A stretch of 20,000 nucleotides of DNA from an uncultured virus (IMG/VR IMGVR_UViG_3300020185_004844). Its lineage: Duplodnaviria > Heunggongvirae > Uroviricota > Caudoviricetes. Under the pieces are notes generated by a model. It was not told where the DNA came from. It searched no databases and saw nothing but the letters and a program-made list of their open reading frames with translations. Location of the stretch: IMG/VR virus record IMGVR_UViG_3300020185_004844; one strand, written 5' to 3'. Made by a program: the position numbers and the translations under genes. This document shows positions 7,908-16,095 of the stretch, piece by piece (within the stretch, counting starts at the first letter, position 1; every line of letters starts with the position of its first letter).

Positions 7908-8690
7908 GTGACGCTTCCATTATTTAAAAGCCATTTTTCCATAGGAAAATCTATACTTACATTAGATTCCCCTAAGATAGACGAGAACGCTGACAGTCCA
8001 GATTCTGTTTTTGATATAGCAGAAGAAGGCTGCCTTGATAAAGTTATCCTTATAGAAGATAGCTTCATGGGTTTCCTGCAGGCCCGAAAAGTTTGCGATG
8101 ATCTTGGCAAGCAACTAATTTTTGGTTTAAGGCTTGATGTGTGTGATGACATCGCTAATACCGAAGATTCAAAACTAATTAAATGCAAGCATAAGGTTAT
8201 TATCTTCCCAAAAAACTCAGGCGGCTGCAAACTCTTGAATAAAATCTATACCGAGTGCAAAACAAAGCATTTTGGTTGGGCAGACTTTAATTTATTAAAG
8301 AAGTTCTGGCAAGAAGATCAGTTGTCTTTAGCTATTCCTTTTTACGATTCGTTTATATTTAAAAACTTAACAACATTTCAGTCTTGCTTTGCTCATTTTA
8401 CTTTCACAAAGCCTACTTTCTTTGTAGAAGATAACGGCCTCCCATTTGACTCTATAACTAAAGATGCGGTGGTAAAGTATTGTGAGTCTAATGGTTTTGC
8501 AATGCAAGATGCTCAGTCAATATTTTATAAGAATAAAAACGACTTCCCCGCTTACTTAACTTACAAGCTAATATGCGGCAGGAATTCTTTTGCGGGTAGA
8601 GAGCTTTCGATTGAAAAGCCTAACTTCGACCACCTAGGCAGCGATCAGTTTTGCTGGGAAAGCTACTTGGAGAAAAATAAAAGTTTATAA
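7908..8690 (+). CDS. stand-alone PHP domain of DNA polymerase III alpha (N-terminal DnaE fragment), degenerate metal site; start revised to GTG 7908
   Basis: PLFKSHFSIGKSILT aligns by eye to DnaE HLHVHSEYSLLDG, ILIEDSFMGF to AITDHGNLFG, LIFGLRL to PIIGCE, and IIFPKNSGGCKLLNKI to LLAKNxxGYxNLxKL. Located upstream of a PHP-less DnaE. Confidence 0.8.
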   Translation: MTLPLFKSHFSIGKSILTLDSPKIDENADSPDSVFDIAEEGCLDKVILIEDSFMGFLQARKVCDDLGKQLIFGLRLDVCDDIANTEDSKLIKCKHKVIIFPKNSGGCKLLNKIYTECKTKHFGWADFNLLKKFWQEDQLSLAIPFYDSFIFKNLTTFQSCFAHFTFTKPTFFVEDNGLPFDSITKDAVVKYCESNGFAMQDAQSIFYKNKNDFPAYLTYKLICGRNSFAGRELSIEKPNFDHLGSDQFCWESYLEKNKSL

Positions 8691-8693
8691 ATT

Positions 8694-9335
8694 ATGATTG
8701 AAGACCTATTAAGATTTAAAAAAAATCAAAAGTATATTGTTTTTGACTTTGAAACTTGCAATTTAAATTTGGTTTCAGAACATAACAAGCCCTGGCAGCT
8801 TGCATTCTTAATTTATCATGGTGATAAGTTGGTGGAGTCCAATGATTATCATATTCATTGGGATGACCTTAGAATGTCTGACGGAGCTCGAAAGGTTACC
8901 GGCTTCAATGATGCCAAGTATAAAAAATTATCGCAACCAGCGGAAAAAGTTCTTGATCATTTCGAAAAATTCCTGTACAATGAAGAGTATATTAATTTAG
9001 GACATAATATTCTTGGTTTTGATATTTACATACATAATATATTCCGAAAGCTTTTAGGTCGCCCTACTGACTATTCTTACTTAAAACAATCTATCGACAC
9101 ACTCTCTATAGCTAAAGCAATTCATAAAGATATAGAATACGACAAGGAAATTGACTTCCTTTCTTGGCAGTTTAAATTAAACTCGGTATATGAAAGGGGT
9201 ATGAGGCTAAACCTTGGTGCATGCTGCAAAACATATGACGTTGAATTTGACCCTGAAAAGCTGCATGATGCATTATATGACATTCAAAAGAACTATGAAG
9301 TATTTAAAAAAATGATGTGGACAATAAAAATATGA
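8694..9335 (+). CDS. DEDDh 3'-5' exonuclease (DnaQ/epsilon-like)
   Basis: ExoI VFDFET, ExoII GHNILGFD, ExoIII HDALYD. Confidence 0.9.
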   Translation: MIEDLLRFKKNQKYIVFDFETCNLNLVSEHNKPWQLAFLIYHGDKLVESNDYHIHWDDLRMSDGARKVTGFNDAKYKKLSQPAEKVLDHFEKFLYNEEYINLGHNILGFDIYIHNIFRKLLGRPTDYSYLKQSIDTLSIAKAIHKDIEYDKEIDFLSWQFKLNSVYERGMRLNLGACCKTYDVEFDPEKLHDALYDIQKNYEVFKKMMWTIKI

Positions 9336-9559
9336 AATTAAAAGATAAAATTAATATGCACCTTGATTTATATACTAATGAGTTATCAATCCTAATAGAC
9401 GAGGCTCATTGCTTGTATAACAAAATTACATCCAAACCTAATAATTATTGGTCTAAGAATAGATCTGAGTTTAATTCTATAGTTAATCAAATTAACTCAA
9501 TTGAATCGAGCAAAAGTGCACTAGAACAGTGCAAAAATGATTCCATTAAAAATTTATGA
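9332..9559 (+). CDS. hypothetical helical protein (75 aa); start revised to ATG 9332
   Basis: ATGA overlaps with both neighbours (9332-9335 and 9556-9559), which suggests translational coupling. Confidence 0.65.
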   Translation: MKLKDKINMHLDLYTNELSILIDEAHCLYNKITSKPNNYWSKNRSEFNSIVNQINSIESSKSALEQCKNDSIKNL

Positions 9560-12135
9560 CAACAAGTTTTATTGAACAATTTACTGCCTATGAAGACTGT
9601 GTCCCTCCGGGGGTTCAGCTTCCAGAGATTGAAATTAGCTCTGAACAATATTCCGATCTAAATAAATCTCCAGATACTTCAAACTATGATTTCCTACGCG
9701 AACTTTGCCTTCGTGGAGTAAAGAATAAAAAAATTGATAAGCAAAAAAATAAGCAGGATTATTACGACAGAGTAAAAGAAGAGCTAACTATATTAAAAGA
9801 GCTTGGGTTCATTGATTATATATTACTCAATTGGGATATCCTAAATTTTTGTCACGAAAACGATATACCCACGGGTCCGGGGCGAGGTAGTGCCGCTGGA
9901 TCGTTGGTTCTTTATTTGATTGATGTCACAAAAATTGACCCAATTAAGTATGATTTATTCTTTGAAAGGTTCGTTAGTAAGAGTAGGGCTAAGAAAACTG
10001 AGAAAGATGGGATTACATATTTAGATGGGAGCCTTTTAGCAGATGTCGATAACGATATTTCTTACGAACATCGCCATAAAGTTATTGAGTACATTGAGGA
10101 CAAGTACCCTGGAAGGACCGCCAAGATTTTAACCCTTAATACATTGAGTAGTAAGCTTTGTATTCGTGAGTGTGGTAAAATCGTCGGGGGTTATGACGAA
10201 TCAGACATTAATGCAGTCACAGCCTTGATTCCTAAAAACTTTGGCAAGGTTGTTGGTCTTTGTGATGCGGCAGATGATAGCGAAAAATTTAAAGAGTGGG
10301 TAGATACAAACCAAGAAGTTTTTCGTATTGCTCAAAAGCTAGAAGGGTTAAATAAAAACAGCGGAGTGCACCCTTCTGGGATTGCAATTTCTCACCATGA
10401 GATATCTAGTATTTGCCCCTTGCAGGCTACAAATGAAGGAGCATTAGTGACTGCATACGACATGAACTGGGTGGCTGAGCTTATGGTTAAGTTTGATATC
10501 TTAGGATTAAGAACCCTAAGTGTTATTCATGATGCTTGTCAAGCTATCAAAATGGACCCTATGTCCATACCCTTGGATGACGAGAAAACATACCTGCCCC
10601 TTCAGGAGCTTGAGCACGCCCATGGATTGTTTCAGATTGAGGCTCATACTAATTTTAGTGTTTGCAAAAAAGTTAAGCCTAAAAACCTGGAGCAATTAAG
10701 CGCGGTTGTTGCCATTGCAAGGCCGGGGGCACTTGATTTCACTGATCAATATGCGGACTATGTCCGTACTGGTGATTTCCAAAGTCAGCATGAATTGTAC
10801 GACGAAGTGCTATCTTATACTGGCGGGATCCCGCTGTATCAGGAACAACTCATGAAGATGGCGGTTCAAGTAGGGTTCACCTTGGATGAGGCTGAGCAAC
10901 TTCGTAGAATTGTTGGTAAGAAAAAGATAGACCAAATGCCTAAATGGAAAGCTAAAATTGAGAAGCAAATTATAGAAAACCAGCTCCCAATTGAAGCTGC
11001 TGATGTACTTTGGAGTGTTGCCGAGGATAGTGCTAACTATTCTTTCAATAAGTCTCACTCTATCGCTTATAGCACCTTGGCTGCATGGACCACATATCTA
11101 AAGTTCAATCATCCTAGGCAGTTCTTTTTGTCCTTACTCAAGATGACTCAGTTCGAGCCAACACCTCAGGCAGAAGTCGCAAAGATCAGTCAGGAGCTGC
11201 CATTTTTTGGTATTAAATTGCTACCTCCCAGTTTGTTGAAATCCAAAATGAATTTCTCAATTGAGGGCGACAATATTCGTTATGGCCTTAGCAGTATTAA
11301 AGGTATCAGTGAGAAATCTCTTGACTCTCTTCGTGAATTCAGGGACGAACAGAGCAGTACAAAGTTTGAATTGTTCCTGGCCGCAAAGCAGGCTGGATTA
11401 AACATTGGGGTATTGAGCGCTTTAATTCAGGCTGGCGCACTCAGTGACGATCCAAGCGAAGATCGGTCCAAGCTTGTGCTTGAGGCTCAATTATTTAACA
11501 TCTTAACTGACAGGGAAAAAAGAAACTTTATATCTATCTCGGAAAAGGAAGACAAAGACCTGTTTACTATTTTTAAAAATGTAACAGATTCTGAATTTAA
11601 AGCGGTAGGGGATGACAATAAGCCTTTAATAAAAGAGTCCCGCTATCAAACATTAAAGAAAAAATACGATCCATACAAAAAGATTTATTATAAGAATAGT
11701 AAGAGTCAAAAATTTGCTAATTGGTATTTTGAAAAACAGCTATTAGGTTTTAGTTATTCATCTGAGTTATGTAAAGTTTTCCATAATGTAGACCATCCGC
11801 CTCAAAACTCTATATACTTTAATTCATTGGAACCTCGCTCTACTGCTAAATATATATTTAGTGTCGCATTCTCAAAGAAAGATAAGTCCCGGAATGGTAA
11901 CACCTATATCAAGCTAGAGTTGGAGGACGAGTTTGGCACGGTAGATGCAATTCTTTGCGATACCGCTAGAGAAAGAAAGTGCACAAACTTTTTAAAAAAG
12001 AATTCTGTCCCCAAAGAGGGAAGTATTATAACTATAAACGGAGAAAAAACTAGAGATGGAGATGCAATATTTGTTAATAACATGAAAATAATTGATGAAA
12101 TGATTTACATGAAGTTAAAAGATATAAAATCTTAA
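9556..12135 (+). CDS. dnaE: DNA polymerase III alpha (family C, DnaE-type) catalytic core lacking the PHP domain
   Basis: GPGRGSAAGSLV, FERF, catalytic DVDND, HPSG, KFDILGL, GLFQ, RPG, YQEQ, YSFNKSH, HhH IRYGLSSIKG, C-terminal OB fold (LEDEFG). Confidence 0.95.
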   Translation: MTTSFIEQFTAYEDCVPPGVQLPEIEISSEQYSDLNKSPDTSNYDFLRELCLRGVKNKKIDKQKNKQDYYDRVKEELTILKELGFIDYILLNWDILNFCHENDIPTGPGRGSAAGSLVLYLIDVTKIDPIKYDLFFERFVSKSRAKKTEKDGITYLDGSLLADVDNDISYEHRHKVIEYIEDKYPGRTAKILTLNTLSSKLCIRECGKIVGGYDESDINAVTALIPKNFGKVVGLCDAADDSEKFKEWVDTNQEVFRIAQKLEGLNKNSGVHPSGIAISHHEISSICPLQATNEGALVTAYDMNWVAELMVKFDILGLRTLSVIHDACQAIKMDPMSIPLDDEKTYLPLQELEHAHGLFQIEAHTNFSVCKKVKPKNLEQLSAVVAIARPGALDFTDQYADYVRTGDFQSQHELYDEVLSYTGGIPLYQEQLMKMAVQVGFTLDEAEQLRRIVGKKKIDQMPKWKAKIEKQIIENQLPIEAADVLWSVAEDSANYSFNKSHSIAYSTLAAWTTYLKFNHPRQFFLSLLKMTQFEPTPQAEVAKISQELPFFGIKLLPPSLLKSKMNFSIEGDNIRYGLSSIKGISEKSLDSLREFRDEQSSTKFELFLAAKQAGLNIGVLSALIQAGALSDDPSEDRSKLVLEAQLFNILTDREKRNFISISEKEDKDLFTIFKNVTDSEFKAVGDDNKPLIKESRYQTLKKKYDPYKKIYYKNSKSQKFANWYFEKQLLGFSYSSELCKVFHNVDHPPQNSIYFNSLEPRSTAKYIFSVAFSKKDKSRNGNTYIKLELEDEFGTVDAILCDTARERKCTNFLKKNSVPKEGSIITINGEKTRDGDAIFVNNMKIIDEMIYMKLKDIKS

Positions 12136-12157
12136 GTGTAGTATATATAATATACAT
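12136..12157 (+). promoter_or_regulatory. GTGTA-type putative phage promoter motif, copy 3
   Basis: GTGTA (12136-12140) directly after the dnaE stop + GTATATATAATATACAT + ATG at 12158. Confidence 0.5.
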
Positions 12158-14563
12158 ATGGAAATTTCTCCCAATTTCACACCTCAAGCTCAAAAAATAA
12201 TCCAACAGGCTAAAACTTTAGCCAAAGCATTGAACTATGAGGAGGTAGAGTCTTGTCATGTTTTGCTTATTTTATTAAAGTCTAATGATTTTAATATAGA
12301 TAATTTCTTGACCGACTTAGATATTAATGTTGATTCATTGGTTTCTTTTATTAATTCCTTTTTTTCCCTCGAAAAACAGGATTCCGATGAGCTTAAGGAT
12401 TGCTCTTATTCTGATGAGCTTGTACAGTTTCTTGCTGCAGTACATCAATTAGCATCTCAAATAGGTAACGATTATGTTAGTATCGATCACATCTTTTTTT
12501 GCTTTCTAAACTCCAAAAACGGCCCTATATATCATTTCCTTACTGCTGAAGGGGTAAATGCTCGTCAAGCTGCCAAAGAATATTTAGTCAGAATGAAGTC
12601 TGGTGAGCTTTATAATAAAAATGAGTCTGTCGATCCTCTTGGCTCCAAATCCCAAGGTCAGGGGCCAGCCAAAACTAATGAAAGCATTTTAGACTCATTT
12701 GCTACTAATTTAAATACTGAGTGTCGTGATAAAAAAATCAATCCGATCATTGGTAAAGATTTTGAAATTTCAAGAATCTGTGAGATTCTAGCTAGAAAAA
12801 ACAAGAACAATCCTATGTTACTAGGAGAGCCTGGTGTTGGGAAGACTGCTATCATTGAAGGACTTGCTTACAAAATAACAAAAGCTGATGTTCCTGATTT
12901 TTTAATTAATAAAGAAATTTATGCTATTGATTTAGCATCAATGATAGCTGGAACTAAATACCGTGGTCAGTTTGAGCAAAGAGTTAAATCCTTAATAAAG
13001 GAGTGTCAAGAAAAGCCTAATGTCATTTTATTTATAGATGAAGCTCATACCTTGGTTGGGGCTGGCAGTGCCGAAGGGGCCATGGACGCTGCTAACATTT
13101 TAAAGCCAGCATTAGCTCGTGGCAAAATTAAATTAATCGCAGCCACTACCTTCTCTGAGTATAAGAAAAATTTTGAAAAAGATTCAGCCTTGGTTCGTAG
13201 GTTTGAGTCTATAGCTGTTAGCGAGCCGACACCATTGGAATGCTTTGATATACTGAAAGGTATAAAAGGTTACTATGAGGATTTTCATGGAACAAAATAT
13301 AATCAAAAAATCTTAAAAAACATAGTTAATCTTTGCGACCTGTACCTACCAGCTCAAAAGTTTCCGGATAAAGCTATAGATGTCCTTGACGAATGCGGCG
13401 CAATGGTTAAGATCGCAAACTCTACTGCTCCCGATGAGATAAAAGACCTGGAAAATAAGCTGTATGATTGCTTTAGTTTAAATACTTGCTCCGCTAACGA
13501 AGAGGAAAGGCTTTTAAAACGTTACGAAAAACTATCTGATGATTGGAAAAAGGCTCCCATCAGGAATGTTTCTAAAGATGATATATTGACCATCATTTCT
13601 CGAAAATCTAAGATTCCTATTGATAACTTAATTGATGAAGAAAGCGATAGGGCTTCCCGTCTCTTAAAACTTTTAACTCGAGATGTCGTTAATCAAACAG
13701 ATGCTACATCTGCTATCAGTAAATCAATATTAAGGTCACAAATAGGCCTTAAGGATGTTGACAAGCCTATCGGTTCATTTCTATTTCTTGGGGCTTCTGG
13801 TGTCGGGAAGACATGGACGGCTAAAATGCTAGCCAAACATTACTTTGGCTCCGAAAAGAAGATTATTAGGTTTGATATGTCTGAATACTCTGATAAAATT
13901 TCCGCGAATAAATTAATTGGTTCATCTCCAGGATATGTGGGTTATGAAGAAGGGGGGCTTTTGACGGAAAAGATAAAACGAGATCCTCACTCCGTTGTCC
14001 TTTTCGATGAAATTGAAAAAGCCGATCCATCTGTCCAGCAAATATTACTGCAAGTAATGGATGAGGGATCACTAAAGGATAACAATGGGGTGATGTCTTA
14101 TTTTAGTGATGCAATTATTATTTTGACCAGCAACATTGGAGCGGACCTTACTACGAAAAGCACTCTTGGTTTTTCTCCTGAGCCCGTAGATAATGGCCCG
14201 AAGATTATATCTTCTGCAAAGAAAGTGCTTAGTCCTGAATTAATTAATAGGCTAGACGACATAGTTGTCTTTAACCACCTAAAAGATAAGGACCTCCATA
14301 AAATATTCAAAAAAGAGCTGCAATCCATGCAAAAGAAACTGCGCAAGAAAAAGATTAAAATTAATTACTCACAAGATGTAGTTAAACATGTATGTAGTCT
14401 AGCTGCAGAGCAAAAAATGGGGGCAAGACCCTTAAAAAGATTAATCAAGCAGTATATTGAAGATGTAATAGTTGACTATTATTTTAACACGGAGATTCAA
14501 AAAGGATTAAATTTTAATTTCTATGTATTAAAAGGTGATATAGACTTCGAATTATTAGAATAA
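12158..14563 (+). CDS. clpC: ClpC/ClpA-type AAA+ unfoldase (Clp protease ATP-binding subunit)
   Basis: Clp-N repeats. NBD1: GEPGVGKT, GTKYRG pore loop, IDEAH. NBD2: GASGVGKT, GYVGY, FDEIEKA. Also the LGF ClpP-docking loop, GARPL, and a short middle region. Confidence 0.9.
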   Translation: MEISPNFTPQAQKIIQQAKTLAKALNYEEVESCHVLLILLKSNDFNIDNFLTDLDINVDSLVSFINSFFSLEKQDSDELKDCSYSDELVQFLAAVHQLASQIGNDYVSIDHIFFCFLNSKNGPIYHFLTAEGVNARQAAKEYLVRMKSGELYNKNESVDPLGSKSQGQGPAKTNESILDSFATNLNTECRDKKINPIIGKDFEISRICEILARKNKNNPMLLGEPGVGKTAIIEGLAYKITKADVPDFLINKEIYAIDLASMIAGTKYRGQFEQRVKSLIKECQEKPNVILFIDEAHTLVGAGSAEGAMDAANILKPALARGKIKLIAATTFSEYKKNFEKDSALVRRFESIAVSEPTPLECFDILKGIKGYYEDFHGTKYNQKILKNIVNLCDLYLPAQKFPDKAIDVLDECGAMVKIANSTAPDEIKDLENKLYDCFSLNTCSANEEERLLKRYEKLSDDWKKAPIRNVSKDDILTIISRKSKIPIDNLIDEESDRASRLLKLLTRDVVNQTDATSAISKSILRSQIGLKDVDKPIGSFLFLGASGVGKTWTAKMLAKHYFGSEKKIIRFDMSEYSDKISANKLIGSSPGYVGYEEGGLLTEKIKRDPHSVVLFDEIEKADPSVQQILLQVMDEGSLKDNNGVMSYFSDAIIILTSNIGADLTTKSTLGFSPEPVDNGPKIISSAKKVLSPELINRLDDIVVFNHLKDKDLHKIFKKELQSMQKKLRKKKIKINYSQDVVKHVCSLAAEQKMGARPLKRLIKQYIEDVIVDYYFNTEIQKGLNFNFYVLKGDIDFELLE

Positions 14564-14586
14564 ATTAATTATTTCATCTGTTATAT

Positions 14587-14601
14587 GTGTATAAACATAT
14601 T
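14587..14601 (+). promoter_or_regulatory. GTGTA-type putative phage promoter motif, copy 4
   Basis: GTGTA (14587-14591) + TAAACATATT + ATG at 14602. Confidence 0.55.
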
Positions 14602-16086
14602 ATGGCAGATCGTAAAATATCGGAACTCCCAATGTTTCCGCACCATGAAGTTTCTCAAAATTCAGATGTTTATTATGTTGTAGCTAGTGGTCTAGCATCA
14701 GAAACAAGAGACGCCGCAAATTATAGAGTTCCTTTTACAGGTCTATCTTCTGATATTCTTAAGGCTTTTGGAGGGGGAGCTAGTATTATAGATTCAAATG
14801 GGGTAAAAATAAGAATCGGATCTATTGAGCCCGGAGATGATCGGCCTGTTGAGCTTCAAGACGACGTATATGTTCTTGGCGATTTATACTCCGAAGGCGA
14901 TTTGCATGTTGATGGTAATGCATTTTTTGATCAAAACTTATCGGTTACAGGAGATTTTAGTGCATCTGGAGATGCTGATTTTATTGACCTTTATGTTCAT
15001 GGAAATGCTTTTGTTAAGCATGACACTACTATAAGTGGAGACCTTACTGTTCTTGGTAACACTACAACTATAGACACCGAGAGGCTGGTTGTTGAAGATA
15101 GCAATATTGAAATAGGCGACCATAAAGAATTGACCACAGAAGACACGGCAAACTTTGGGGGGATAACTTTAAAGACTCATGATAATGATTCTTTCGCATC
15201 GGTCGTTATAGAAGGGGTAACAATTACTTCTAAAGTGGCGGGTGCATTTGGGAATAACATATCTATAACAATGCTTACTATTCCCGGGTTTTCTATTGAG
15301 GATGGTGTCATACTGACTGATCCAAATAATTTACATGGAGATTCTTTGTGGGAGCGTACAGATATATCAATTATGTTCGGTGTTGATTTTGAAATATCAG
15401 AAAAAACTCAAGGGGATTTTGCAGACTTATTGAATTGCCATGCCGGACACTTGGTGAGTGCGGTTGCCTCTGATCGCAATATTCCCTTGGCTAACACTTG
15501 TTACAGAAAGTTGTTGGAAAACGGCCAAGGCCAAGATGGTTTTAATAAAAACATCGAATGGGTAAAATCTTGCGATGCCTGGGCTATGAATACTAATTTT
15601 AATGTCTTCGGTAAAGGATATTTTCTTGAGGGGATAAATGCCGCCGATGATACCATAGCTGGCGGGGTCAAGATAGCTACTAATCTTGATACAATTAATT
15701 ACGGCGGCCTAGTTATGGAGAACGGCTATCTAAAAATAGAAGATTGGTCTCTTGGCGGAGAAGCCGCCCTTTGGGTATCTGACATCAACTTAAAAGATGA
15801 CAGAAAAAAAATCCACTCTGCAAAAGAAATATTAAACGAAATTAATGGTGTTTATTTCACCTGGAATGAATCGGCGGATGCTTCACTGGCTGGCAAAAAA
15901 GATGTTGGCGTTATCGCTCAAGAAGTTGAAGCCGTACTGCCAGAAGCTGTTGCTTTAAATGCTGAGGGGCATTTAGCTGTAGCTTATCATAAAATGATAC
16001 CTGTATTAATTGAATCTATAAAAGAGCTATCTAAAGAAAATGAGTCTTTAAAATCTCGCATGGACCGATTAGAGTCTGAACAGTAA
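14602..16086 (+). CDS. tail fibre-like protein with C-terminal intramolecular chaperone (peptidase S74) domain; start revised to ATG 14602
   Basis: Begins MADRKISELP. Contains G-D/N-L-x-V-x-G beta repeats. S74 signature SDINLK...GVIAQEVEAVLPEAV...VAYHKMIPVLIESIKEL plus a terminal coiled coil at about 15778-16083. Confidence 0.85.
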   Translation: MADRKISELPMFPHHEVSQNSDVYYVVASGLASETRDAANYRVPFTGLSSDILKAFGGGASIIDSNGVKIRIGSIEPGDDRPVELQDDVYVLGDLYSEGDLHVDGNAFFDQNLSVTGDFSASGDADFIDLYVHGNAFVKHDTTISGDLTVLGNTTTIDTERLVVEDSNIEIGDHKELTTEDTANFGGITLKTHDNDSFASVVIEGVTITSKVAGAFGNNISITMLTIPGFSIEDGVILTDPNNLHGDSLWERTDISIMFGVDFEISEKTQGDFADLLNCHAGHLVSAVASDRNIPLANTCYRKLLENGQGQDGFNKNIEWVKSCDAWAMNTNFNVFGKGYFLEGINAADDTIAGGVKIATNLDTINYGGLVMENGYLKIEDWSLGGEAALWVSDINLKDDRKKIHSAKEILNEINGVYFTWNESADASLAGKKDVGVIAQEVEAVLPEAVALNAEGHLAVAYHKMIPVLIESIKELSKENESLKSRMDRLESEQ

Positions 16087-16095
16087 TTTCGCCTT

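Noticed and set aside
8640..9620. Split intein joining PHP and DnaE core (Cys in FCWESY near the PHP C-terminus)
   Set aside because: No Hint-domain blocks are visible, and there is no HN-C/S/T junction at the start of the DnaE core or in the intervening ORFs.
11482..11500. EAQLF in DnaE as a beta-clamp binding motif
   Set aside because: Only a partial match to QL[S/D]LF and closer to the HhH region than the E. coli motif; not supportable without an alignment.
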